From the NCBI RefSeq assembly GCF_009914755.1, contig NC_060938.1: a DNA stretch of 64,000 nucleotides; one strand, given 5' to 3'. Of this stretch, positions 51,096 through 64,000 are shown piece by piece. Made by a program: the position numbers and the translations under genes. Under the pieces are notes generated by a model. The model made no database searches and was not told the origin of the DNA. It was given only the letters and a program-made list of their open reading frames with translations. This DNA is from the human T2T-CHM13v2.0 reference genome, Homo sapiens. How positions within the stretch are numbered: position 1 is the stretch's first letter; every line of letters begins with the position of its first letter.

Positions 51096-54054
51096 TCATT
51101 TTCAAACAAACCCTGCTCTGTATGGCAAAGTGATTTCAGTAAGAATTATGAAACAAATATTAACAATAATGGCCAGAAAAAAGTTATCTATAACAGCAAA
51201 AAGTAATTAAATATTAAGTCCTAAAAACAAAAAGGTGTTGGATTAACACTGCTTTATTATGTTAATGTCTTTTTTGAAAGAAAAGAGGGAGGCACAAAAA
51301 AAAATACTTCCAAAGGAGTGAAATCCTCAAGGATCAGATAATAATTTGCATGTAAAATGACAGAACTGAAGAAAGGCACATTCTGTTGTTTCAGCTTTAT
51401 AATCCCTGTGATATTATTGATCATTTCCAATCTACTGTTTAAATGCAGAAATAAGTAGCAGCACAGGGGTTGGAAACATGAACTAAATCTGAAGCAAGTT
51501 TGAGTAATTAGATCCCTGTCAAACTTACTCTTGAATTAGAGATGTAGCTGAGTCTTGGAGGAATAGTGTATTAACTAGGAGTCTTCTAAACTAACTACTA
51601 TGTAGAATACAGTTTTTGTTAAATGATAAGAAATAAAGTGTGCTCATTTGAACTTTGCAGATATATTAGTATACTTAATTTTAACTATAACAATTGTTTG
51701 AACATAAACCAAAAAATTATTTTTCCACTGCAGTTATTTTATCACTGACAATGCTTAGCATTGATGATACATGGTGAACATTAAAAAACAGACCCATTTT
51801 TAGTTGGCTTTATTATTGTTTTAAAATTCACTAGAGTCAACGCCTATCCTCTGTTAGTGTCTATACCAAGTATGGACCACTATCTGACCTTGATATGCCA
51901 TTGGGGTAGGAGGAATAAATCACTTTTAATTCTTCAAAATAAATTACATTTTCCCTTAAAAAAAAAAAAAAAAAAAAAAGAACATATGATCAATTCTGTT
52001 ACCAGACCACCTTTTTGCTGTCCAGGATGCTGGCTTTAGGAAGACTTTTCCAAAAGCATGATCTATGAAAAGCATTTTACTTGTTTCCAATGACTATATG
52101 GTGAATAACCTCTAAGATGTTAAACTGGATGATTTTTGTAGCAGATAAAAACTTCTTTCTGTTTGGGAAGGTATCAGATGTAAGTCAAGCTATGCCAATC
52201 ACTATCCCTGCAGTTTCTCTAAGCTACAATATCTCTAGCGGTAGAAAGTAAATTATGCTTCTTGTCATTACCTTTTGGGAGTAAAGTTAAAGTAAAAAAT
52301 GTGTCCGGTGCTGAACACTCTCTTCTGTTCCACTGAGTTGGCTCAGTACAGAAGATTAGGTGAGAAGATGAGGGAGAGGAAACAATCCAGGCAGTAGAGT
52401 TTAGAGGCAGCAGAGAACAGCTTCTTTAATGGAAACTGTACAACCTGACATTAGTTATGTTTTCATTAAGTTTGTGTTTAGTAATTTAGTATTGCTCCAG
52501 CACTTAAATCAAAATATATTACCATGATTTGTGCTAAGATAGTTTTGCCTCTGCCCACACCAATCTCTCTTACAAAACTAGAATTTCTACCATGGCATTA
52601 GACACTGGAACATAGCTCTTATTCTGATACTTTGAAAAAAGATCTTTTCAAGCTTTTCTTTGAAGTAGGTTCATAACTGATGAAATTTGTAGGTTTGGAA
52701 AGTCTGCGATATTCAGCTGCTTACTCATTTTTGTAATGGTCACCTAGCAAAAACATACCCTAAAATATTTGGAATGTTTTAATAGTTTCAATTAATTAGA
52801 CTCTGTATAATCAAGAGGGGAGTAATGCAAACAATTGACATGTGTGAATTTAAAACATAGAATGCCCCAAGCTTTCTTTGTGTGAGAAATTTTACTTTAA
52901 GATGGTCTATTTTGTCTGCAGAAAATATGAGTTACATGCAGAAAGTTTTCCAAGAGCAAAGAGTTTAGGGATTATTGAGTTTTTTAAGGCTAGCAGATTT
53001 TTCTTCCCCATCTAGTGCTACTCAAAGCCTTCAATATGCTAATCACAGCCAGGAGGGGGATATGGTATGGTGACATGTTTCCAAATTTACTACAGAATTC
53101 TTTTTTTCAGGGGGTGTCTTCTGGAACTTAGCATTCCATAGAACCTACTTAAGAAACTTTTCTATGTCTTTACTATGTCTCAGATGGAACCCATGGGAAA
53201 ACGGCATGTTTCCGCCCCTAAGATCTCTGTTTCCCTTCACTGAATTCCGCATCTTGTGCTTAGAAACTTGTGTCCCACATTTTCCTGCTACCAGCAAAGG
53301 AAACAACCATAATCTTCCCAGTTGCGATGAATTGGAGAGTCTCTAAAGTGTTCCCTAAGGAAATGTGATGCTATGGGAAGTACATGAACCTGAAATAACG
53401 TTTAAATGCCTAAAATGGTGCTTACCACATTGTAGATACACAGTAAATGTCAATTTGTTCCCTTCTCCAATTATCTTTGAAAAATGAAGATTTCTTGTTA
53501 AATTTGTTTCAGAGTAGATATTGAGTACAAGCCTACAATCTCACTAAATGCTATTTGTTATTTAGTGACTGTGATATAGTGAGCATGTGATATGGAGTCC
53601 ACCTTAGATGAAAAACTGTTAAAATAATTTAGTAATAAGACACTCTTATCTACAAGACAAAAATAATCAGTGGACATATGTTAGCCAGTGAGACCCATGG
53701 GATCTGTCAGCCCTAGCTAAAGAGAGTGACTTACAAGAGAGACTTTGAAATAATAATAACATTTGATTTAGATGTCAATCTCTTGCATTATATAATTATA
53801 CAAAGTCATTTGGAAGCTAAGACATTATGAGAAAATCATGTTATTTAAAAATTATGAGTGACTTACCTGATTTGGTGCAAGAGCATTGTGTCTCTAGCTT
53901 CTACTCACAATCTAAGCTAAGTAGTTTGATGCACGTGGCCTTTGAATTTGTTCCAAATTTTAAGATGTATGCCATTTAATTTTAGGATAGGACAGAAGTG
54001 GGAACTGTTGGGAGGGAAGGAAGTTACATTCATTTCCTATATATGAAGAGTAGA

Positions 54055-54240
54055 TGTGCTCTCTTGTTTAATCCTAACATCAATGCTATGGAGGGCTTAT
54101 TAATATCTCACTTATACAAATAAATCTGGGTGCACGGATCAGAAGTAAAATGCCCAGGGTTACGTAGTTATTAAGTCTGGACAGAGTCGGGATTGTGAAC
54201 CCAGATTATTGGGTTCCAAAGTTTACATCTTTTCCATCAC
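54055..54240 (-). mobile_element. MIR
   Basis: TTTAATCCT.ACA.CAA..CTATG...TGCCCAGGGTTAC...TGAACCCAG. Confidence 0.6.
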
Positions 54241-54429
54241 TAGTGGTGTTGCAGCAACATTAGGATTTTGTTTAATATTTTTAATATTATTTTTAATAAT
54301 ATTTTAAAAATTTAATAGTAAGTTTTCAAGTGAATTTAAAACAAATCAGTTAGCAAAAATGTAATTTTCCATGTGATCCTGAAGTAACACTATTGATACT
54401 AGACAAGAGACTCATGCATCCTTCTTACT

Positions 54430-54909
54430 TGTGATGGTTATTTTATGTGTCAACTTGACTAGGCCACTGGGTGCCCAGACATTTGATCAAACATTATCTT
54501 GAGTGTGTCTGTGAGCACGTTTCTGGATGTGAGTTAACCCTTGAATCAGTAGATTGAGTAAAGCCGATTGTTCTTCCTAATGTTGGTGGCCCTCACCCAA
54601 TTAACCAAAGACTTGACAGAACAAAAGCCTTAAGTAAGAAAAAATTCCTCCTGCCTCTGACCACTATGAGCTGAGGCATCCGTCTTTTGTTGCCTTTGAA
54701 CTCAAACGAAAATACTGGCTCTTTTGAGTCTTGAGCCTGCCTGCTTTTGAACTGGAACATATACCATTGTCTCTTCTGGTTCTCATGTCTCTGGACTTAG
54801 ACAGGAACTACAATATCAGCTTTCCTGGTCTCCAGCTTGCCAGCTGCAGATCTTGGAACTTCTCTGCCTCCATAATCACATGAGCCAATTCCTTGTCATA
54901 CATCCCTTC

Positions 54910-54996
<87 letters not shown>

Positions 54997-55105
54997 AAGT
55001 ATATACACATACACATCTGACTATATATATATGTATAGACACATATATTTATATATCCTACCGGATCTGTTTCTTTGGAGAACTCTGGATAATCTGGAGA
55101 ATACA
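54430..55105 (+). mobile_element. MLT2 (MLT2B-like) ERVL solo LTR
   Basis: TGTGATGGTTATTTTATGTGTCAACTTGACTAGGC start, the usual internal (TA)n(CA)n, TCTGTTTCT.TGGAGAAC.CT...AATACA end. Confidence 0.9.
54910..54992. repeat. (TA)n(CA)n compound microsatellite
   Basis: Long TA run followed by a CA run within MLT2. Confidence 0.95.
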
Positions 55106-55754
55106 TTAAGTAAGGTAATTTCTGTGGGAAATAAAAATAAAAAGTATTATTTATTGTTGCCAGCAGCTTAGTATTATCACTGTGTGACTATTTAAATTAT
55201 TTCCATTATAATCTGTCTTATAGAGAAGTTTCATATTTTGTGATTTTTATTTGCTTTCCTGTCAGGGAAAATGCTTGTTTCTGGAGTGTATCCAAGCCCT
55301 GTCACTTTTTCAGATATATGGGAGCACAGAGTTCACTAAAATTTGCTTTCCCTGAAAAGGCACATCTGTCCTGTACTGGGAACTTGAAGTATCTTTAGAG
55401 TAATGGTTCTAAACTTGGGAAATCTCAGTCCTTGTTGGCACCTCTGGAACCTCTTACCACGAACACACACACACACAGACACACACACACCACACATACA
55501 CACACACAGATGCACATGTGTACACTCACATAAGTTTGTATCAACTTTAGTTTTAAAACCCTTTTTCTGCTATCCCTATCAAAGTCTCTAATGTTTTCTC
55601 TGGGAAACAACTGAAAAGAATTACAGGAGTCAGAGAAAAGTGGACTCAGAAATGAGTGCTTATGGATGACAGATTAGAAAACAAAAGAGAAAAGAATGAA
55701 GACCAAGGGAAGACCTGAGATCTGCTGGGGGGCGAACATTTTCTATTAGGCACT

Positions 55755-56150
55755 TATTTCATTCAACACACTTATGAAACACCAAATATGTATAAGACAC
55801 TTTGGAATGCATGGAGATACATCAAACATAAAATTTGCCCTCATGATTTTACAATCAACAAGAGAAAACATTACTTGTACATATGAATCTAAAAACTGGT
55901 AGGTGTTATAACAGAGGTTTGAGTACAATGATATAGGGCTGAGAGAGGATATTATCATCTGGGGTGATCCGGAAAGGCTTCCTGGAAGTGGTAGCATTGG
56001 AAGATGATGTTGAAGGATGAGCAGACCTTGGCAATTGGAGATGTGCATTATGCTCCAGGCAGAAAGAATAGGATAAACAAAGTCATGGAGGAAAGACATG
56101 TAGGGCTATGTGTGACAGCATGGCTGGACTAGAGATCAGACATGGGGTCA
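55755..56150 (-). mobile_element. L2 fragment
   Basis: TTCATTCAACA.ACTTA, TGCCCTCATG..TTTACAATC, GGAAAGGCTTCCTGGA. Confidence 0.65.
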
Positions 56151-57989
56151 TTGTAGGTATTGTGGGAAGCTTTGGTGAAAATAAGAAGGGTTTTTCCCTT
56201 TCATTAGTCATCTTGAACCTTAGAAAGATTTAGAGCAAAGTTACCTGAAGAGACATGTCCTTTTGCAAGAGTGATCTGACAGTGGTGTAGTCTGGATTGA
56301 AGCAATGACAGACTGGAATAGTGAAAAACCTGCAGGGAAGTTAACTTGATAACTCAAATGGAATAAAAGAGAAACAAAAGGAATGCATTGCAAAGGTTTA
56401 TTTTTTCCATAATACTCTTCTAAGGCTGTTTTGAAATGAACTTGGGCTAACATTTTGATGGCAAAACCACCACTGAGGCATGTTTGCAACAGCATTGCCA
56501 GTTCATTGGGCGGATAGGGATTACGGGGACTTCTCAGTCACTAATGCCTGAAGGTGTGAAAACACACAAGATGTCCAAGTAGAAATAATGAAGTTTAGAG
56601 ACATAAAACAAATTTGGACACAGAAACCCTGTCAATACTCTTTAATCAGAGGAGCTCTGGATCAGAGACTTGTAGTCTTGGGGTTAAAGGAAGTAAGTAT
56701 CAACTAACCATCAGAAGTGAGATATACACACTGTATATTGTGTGGCCAGAGGTTTTAGATAATAGAATTGGGCTGCCTGTGTTCTTGTTGATTCCCTCAC
56801 ATTTTGAGAATGAACACACATTTTGAAAAACCAATCCACAAACACTGCCCACAGTGACTTTATTTAAGTATCCTTCCCTCTGGCTGATGTATGATTTCAT
56901 TATCTCACATATTTTATGTTTTCTGATTGAAGGTGAGCGAAGTACAAGCTATTTTGTAGCTTGTTATATAAAATGCTTGTTAATGAAAAAGCACAGCAGA
57001 TTTAAATTTACTTAATGTTCATTCTCACTTTTTTTTTGCCTTCACATAGCATTACCCTTCCTTTTATCATATTTTTGAATCTCAGAAAAATATTTTTCTC
57101 TGAATTTAAGAACCTATTTCCAGTGATCTGAAAGTTTTATTATACAAAATAAAAAGGAGAGACAAAAATTATGTGCAAGATCCAAAAAGAATGTTTGTTT
57201 AGTGAATCAGAAACTAATTGAGGTAAATAGAAAGCATGTAAAATAAAATCAGCAGTATTTTATAGCATGTACAATGGTGTACATATTTCTGTCACTTTGA
57301 AAAATGGCTTTTAAAATTTGCTAATAGTGTTTCCAAATTGCTAAATTGATTGTAATTTAATAGGCAGATTTTAAAAAAACATTTTGTTTGCTCATTTTGC
57401 AATGCTTACTTGAAAAAGAAGTGAAAAGTTATGCAGATTAAAGCCTTCCCAGCATTAGGGGAATGGCCAAGAAAAGAACATATCATGTCTACTCTACCAG
57501 CCTGACTTGAAAAAAAAATTGGTTTACAATTTATTTGAGTAAAAACTAAAGCATGTACTCTCTTATTTATATAGAAATGCTAAGTTAAACATTTATATGT
57601 GAAGTCAGGAAATTATATAATTTTAGAGAAGAAAATATACTGTATGATTGAATTAAAATGGGAATACAATTCTAATATATTTCCTTTATTCTAGCTATAA
57701 GTTTTCCATATTTAAGCATGTCTGCAGTCAAGGTTAAATATCAAAAATGTCTGAAAATGTCAGATATTGGGCTAATTTTTTACTTTTCTATGGTACTAAG
57801 GGACTAAAATTGGACAAATACATAACCTAGGCAAATAATGCAGATTCTTCATTTCAGTCAAGATTTTCAGCTCTCTCCTGCAAAATATTTCACCACAGCT
57901 AGTCAGTGGTAGCAAATTTAAGAGATGTCAGTTCTATTTTCTGCACATGTGCTTCTTCTCTGGTGAAGGTACCATTGTTTTTGAAGCTT

Positions 57990-59000
57990 TTCATTCCTGA
58001 AATTGTTTGTCTTCACTCTCTTGACCCACCCAAGGATCAGCTTAGACAGGATTACATCTTCAAGATCCAACTCAAGGGCTTACATAACCACTCATCTGTG
58101 ACCATTAAGGACTTGGGCATTCGGCCAAGTCTTCCTCTTTGCCCCACTCACCTACACTTTTAGTGACCACGTGGATGAATCACTCTATAACCTTGCCAAT
58201 GATTTTTGCTCATACTCAGCTCCAGTCACCCAAAACCATGCTGTAGATATTCCTGTTTCTAAGTCTTTTCCACTTTTCAAGAGACACCTATATTCCTAAG
58301 CACCAACATTCTTCTCTCAGTCGATATCCTTGAACCCTTCCATTTCTTTCATGTTCTTACTCACACTGAACCTATTTTTTTACTTCATTGACACTTCCTG
58401 CCTTTTCACTACTTCTTTTCCTCCCAGTTAATCATTTCCCTACCAGCTTCACTTATTGATTTTAAATAAAAAGACTTCACCATCCATAAACTTAGTATTT
58501 TATTTACTGCATTCTCAAATACCTTATTCCTTGTTCTTTCATTTGGTCATACTATAACCCTGGTTCAACTCAACTTTCTACTTTTTCTACTCTGATACCC
58601 AGATAGATGACTCGTAGAAAACAAGTTATACAAGAAGGTGGATTGATTTCATTAAAAATCTATAGGTTCCAACCTTAGACTGATACATAAACCTTCTTCA
58701 TAACTGTGCCCCCAACCTGACTGGTTGGACTTGCAACAGCTGTGCTTAGCCTCTGACTCTCTCCTTGTGCTTGTGTCCCACCACTTCTCTTTTGATTTCA
58801 GCAGAACCTATTGTTTCCAGTTTCACATACGAAATAGTAGGCATCAATAAGCCACTGAGAGTTTGGCATTCCACTGACGAATATATACCTCCCTTCTTCT
58901 GATCTACAGATCTATATATCAACCCATCTACTAGACAGCTCTTTTGGAATGTCCTGAAAGTACTTCTTTGCTCAAAATGAAACATGCAACCATCTCTATA
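57990..59000 (+). mobile_element. Old L2 fragments
   Basis: Pyrimidine-rich sequence with L2-like CCCTGGTTCAACTCAAC and CTACTAGACAGCTC...GGAATGTCC. Confidence 0.45.
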
Positions 59001-60827
59001 TTGATTATTTTAATATTTCCTATAACCAGGTAACTAGCTACCTGATTGACTGGATTAATGAAATCCTGTTTCTTATAGGAAATCTAGTTTACTAGAAAAC
59101 TAGAGCCTACATTTCTCTCCAGTCTTTAAACTCTTTTCATACTTAGTGTCAAAATTCTTCAATTTACAGTGACTACCATTCGATCCAAGTTTAATCATTT
59201 ATTGCCCCATGTTTTCCAAATGCTTTAGATATTTAAATTCCAACTCTCCATTAAAGCACCCACCTCCTCAAATTTAGTAACAATATCTGAAATTAATTTT
59301 ATTTTCTGTAGAAACCGCTGTTTAGTAAGTGCTTAATAAGTGCTTTCTTGTAAGATATAAAATGATGTAGTCATGACTCAAAGAAGACAAACAATAAACT
59401 AGGATGAAGCTAATAAATCTGTTCCTTGAACTAAAAGTCTGCCATTGAGATACCGTTTTGTAGTATATGAACCAAAGTTCACTTATTCCTTCGTTAATTT
59501 TTGTTTATTAAATAAAACAAAACAACATAACTTCAGAGCTCCGTAAGTAAGTTTTTTGAAGATGTAAAGACAAGCTCCAAAAGATTTTGGTTTACCAGAG
59601 TCCCCTCAGTGAGTGGTCATGACAAGCCAAGCCTCTTCCCTCTGGTCACATATTCTTTCCACAATACCATAAAACCAAGACAAAAGAATGTTGGTCTCGA
59701 CTGCAATATACATGGATGACAAGAGAAAGAGGGAGTCAATCAATTGCTAATTTCTTATATTTGGGGTTTTAAAAAAAATGTGTACCAGCTACTTTTCCCA
59801 CTATGTTCAGGAGAGAAGTTCTGTTTCCTACATCCATTTTCTTCCAGACGTTACTACAAAACTATTGTTTGATAATTTGGTAGTAAAAGAATGTAACCTA
59901 CTGTGAAACACTTAAACAACAAAACTGTGGCTTCAATTTACCTTGACTGGGATGAGTATAAGGAAGATATTAGGAATATTTAATGCAACTATTAATGGGG
60001 TTGGATATAAACAACTATCTCTCCTATAATTTAAAAACTTGATATTCTTTATTATGCTCTTTTTTAATTGTGGCAAAATCTTTATTAATTTAGATATTGC
60101 TCCAAATATTTTTCCATTAGAAATTGTCTTGTTGCACTAACTTTTTGGTATTGTTTTTATTTCATAACAATTACACTTCAGCCTTTTTAGCTGCACTGAT
60201 TCATTCCTTAAAGCACAAAAGTAGCATTTTCAAGACCTCAGGGTAATGAGTAGAATTTGGAGAAATGGTTTGAAAGAAATAATAAATTAAGATCTAAATA
60301 ATTAAGGTCTAAAATAGTTATGACAGTCATAGATTATGATTTATCACAACACCACAATCATCCTTACAAGATGCCTTATTATTTTATTGGTAATAAAAAA
60401 TCTTAATGATTTACTCTAAATGTTACATATTTGTAGTAGCAATAAGTGCTTAATCATAATCACTTGTAGATTATAAACTCATTGAAGATAAACGTTGCTT
60501 TATTTACATTTATTTTTACTATAGTACCTACTCTCAATTCTGTACTCCTCCAGCATTGAGTGTTTGGCTCTTAGATCACTTATTATAATCTTCCTTTTGA
60601 TGGCTAATTGGTTAATGGTCAATCTTTTCTAGATTATAAGCAGGAATTGGTCAGTCACTTCCAGCTAAGCAGAAAGAGCTGAGCTGACAAAGAAAACAAC
60701 ACAGCCATGAAAAAATTGTGTAGCCAGAGTAGTGAGGCACTTTGGAGAAAATGATCAATATCTAGATAGGACTTCTGTAAATGAGACCCTTTAGCATACT
60801 GTGTAAACTTCCTGGGTATAAGAATAG

Positions 60828-61333
<506 letters not shown>

Positions 61334-61539
61334 CACCCTGTGCCTTTTCAAAAGTGTTATTTGAGACTGAGTAAATTCTTAGAATGCCTGGCCATTTACA
61401 TGGAATATTTCTCCATAAAAGCCAGGTCATATATTCATAGCTATGCTGATATGAGCATGTTCATGTGTGAGCAAGTACAACAATCTGAAAACTTCTACTG
61501 AAATGCCAAAAATGTAGACAAGCCTCTAAACTTACTAGA

Positions 61540-63995
61540 AACTACAGTCCCTTGATTCTCCTACCTGCTCACTCTCCTTCACCCTCTTCATGGCCTTTGT
61601 CCCTCCTTTCCCCGATTCCATGGTCAATCATTAAAATCGCATTCTTTCAAACCTCCTGAATTCCATTGCCTCCTCTTTGTTTTACTTGCTTGACTAAACC
61701 ACAAGTCTGGTTAAATTCATCTCCCTGCCCACTCCATGTCTCTGCCTATACCATTAAATATAATTGGAGTAAAACACAGAATTACAAAAATTAATTTATT
61801 TTAAAATTCCTAGTTGTTCATTTAATGGGGTCATTCACAGTCCCAGGCATCCATATTCTACTTGCCCATGGCATTCACTTTCACCACTCTCCTTTTCTTC
61901 TTTCCTCTAAAACTTCAAACAACTCCCCCCAGTCCTTGCTCACAACTGAAGGCTATATTATCAACTCCCTGAAAGAAACTAAAGCATTCAAGAAAGAACT
62001 TTCACAAACTCCTACACATTTATCCTCATTCACCATCTGTGACCATTTACTCTTCCTCCTTTTACAATGGATAAACTATTAATTCCCCTTGCTAAAACCC
62101 AGATTTTGCTCATTCCTTTATCACTTATTCAAAAATTTTCTGTATCCTTTATTCTCTCATTTCCTTCTTAAAGATCATTCACATCAGCATGCAAATAAGC
62201 TGTTATTTTTCTCATTTAAAAAACAACCCTCTTGATTCTACTTCCTCCAGCTATTCCCCATTTCTCTGCTCTATTTTACAAAGAAAACGTCTAGAAATAT
62301 TAGTGTAAACTTGATGCCTCCAATTTAACTCTTTTCCTAGTCTCCTCAACCACACCAATCAGGTTTTTGCCTTTAACACTCCACTGCAAATAATCTTGTC
62401 AATGTCCTAGCTGACCTCCATGATATGGGTGAATTCTTAGTTTCTGTTTTTATTTGATTAATTAGCAGCATTAGACTTGAAACACATTTTTCACTTGGCT
62501 TCCAAGAACCCACACTTTCTTGGTTTTCTTCCTATGACACTAGCTACTCCTTTTGTCTCACCTTTTCTGGTTCTGCCTCATTTCTGACTCTTAACATTAC
62601 TCAGTACCTTGGTGATCTTATCCAGTCTCATGGCTTTAAATATGCTGCTGACACCCAAATTCGTATCTCCAGCTCCTGCCTCTCTCCTCTGAACACCAAA
62701 TGCCTATACCGATGCTCTTCAATTTATGATAGGGTTATGTCCCAATAAGCCCATCATAATTTAAAATATTCTAAGTGGAAAAAGCATTGAAACTATCTTA
62801 AGTTGTTACATCTAGCCCATGGAACATCATAGCTTAGCCTAGCCTACCTTAAACATGCTCAGAACACTTACATTTGCCCACAGTTGGGAAAAAAAAATCT
62901 ACTGAATTCAGTGTCTATCTTATAATAAAGCACTGAATATCTCAAATAATTTCTTGAGTACTGTACTGAAAGCGAAAAACAAAATGATTATATGAGTACT
63001 TGAAGTATGGTCCCTACTGAATGTGTAGCACTTTCACACTGTTGTTGAGTTGAAAAATTCTAAGTTGAACCATAAGTAAGTCAGGGACCATCTGTGTACA
63101 ATTCCTACTGACATCTAAATTTGTCTAATAAACATCACAAAACAACCTGTCCAACATAATTTATGATTCTCCCTCTAACCAAAACTACACAACCTGCAGC
63201 CTTTTCCATGTCATGCAACAGAGACCGTTTTTTCCAATTTCTCTGGCACAAGATGTTGAAATAATTCCAACTCTTCTCTTTTTGTCATATTGTGTTTCCA
63301 ATTTGTCAGCAAATTCTGTCAACTATGCCTTCAAAACATATCCAGAAAATGACCACTTTTTGCTATCTCCCCTCCTACCACTGTGGTCCAAAGAGCCATA
63401 ATGATGGATTGCTTGGATTATGGAAATAGCCTCCTAACTATTCTTTCTGCTGCCATTCATTCTCTTCTTCAGAAAATTTTCAGCACAGCAGCCAAAATGA
63501 TTCTTTAAAATGTTGTGGCTTCCGATGTCCCGGAATGAACGCCACAGCTGTTATAATGGCCTACAGGGCTCTATACCATCTACTCCATTTCTTACCCCTA
63601 ATAGACCTCATATGCTACCTTCTTTCATGTTCACATCACTCCAGCCACAGTAACCTCCGTGCTCTTCCTAGGACACAACAGACTTTTCTGTCTCAGGACC
63701 TGCACTCGTGGAGTTCCTACTTCTAAGAATTTTCTTCTCCATGTAGCTCTGCACAGCTTAGTCTTTCATTCCTTTCAGGTCTTCTTCTCATTGAGATCTT
63801 ACCTGGCTTCCTTAGATGAATTGCAATCTCCATTCTCTCTACTCCTCTTCCCTGTATATTATTTATCACCATCTAGTAAATATTTCACATAATTTTCTTA
63901 TTCATTTTGTTTTTGTCTCTTCTATCCTAAAATATAAGCTTCATGAGGGCAAGAGATTGTGTGTCTTTAACAGTGACAGGCTTCTAGTAGGTGAT
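61540..63995 (+). mobile_element. L2a-like long 3' fragment, split by MER47A
   Basis: CAATCAGG.TTT.GCC, CACTTGGCTTCCA, CCAGTCTCATGGCTTTAAATA, ATAAGCTTCATGAGGGCAAG. Confidence 0.8.
62709..63094 (+). mobile_element. MER47A (TcMar-Tigger)
   Basis: C.GATGCTC.TC.A.TTA.GAT.GGGTTA start, CATCATAGCTTAGCCTAGCCTACCTTAAAC, GGGACC.TCTG end, TA flank. Confidence 0.88.
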
Positions 63996-64000
63996 TAGCA

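Noticed and set aside
59290-59330. Plus-strand 13-nt microexon-like pattern TTTTCTGTAG|AAACCGCTGTTTA|GTAAGT
   Set aside because: Not frame-preserving, no partner exons, and expected by chance in 64 kb.

Overview
Human (primate) genomic DNA, AT-rich and dominated by interspersed repeats: Alu (J, S, Y and a young Ya5-lineage copy), L1M, L2, MIR, about ten solo LTRs including a complete HERV-K(HML-2) LTR5_Hs, and MER/Tigger DNA transposons. I can support no protein-coding gene, RNA gene or CpG island. The recognisable ORFs in the track are L1 ORF2 or Alu/LTR/microsatellite read-throughs. LTR orientation (9 of 10 on +) and A-runs on + suggest, by inference only, an intron of a minus-strand gene. 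The most striking unexplained structure is a recurring architecture in which a ~130-bp copy of nearby unique DNA sits inside a (TA)-rich tract: 1409-1543 is copied inverted to 3129-3264, and 46891-47020 is copied directly to 43399-43527, both ~93% identical by hand count. A third local copy lacks TA flanks (39407-39584 / 40761-40936). Other leads: three adjacent LTRs all reading AGTAAA at the poly(A) signal, head-to-head Alus 28 bp apart, a ~70-bp polyadenylated retrocopy, and several candidate enhancers. Repeat subfamily calls come from recalled consensus sequences and boundaries of old repeats are approximate. I cannot confirm a new biological system from the sequence alone.
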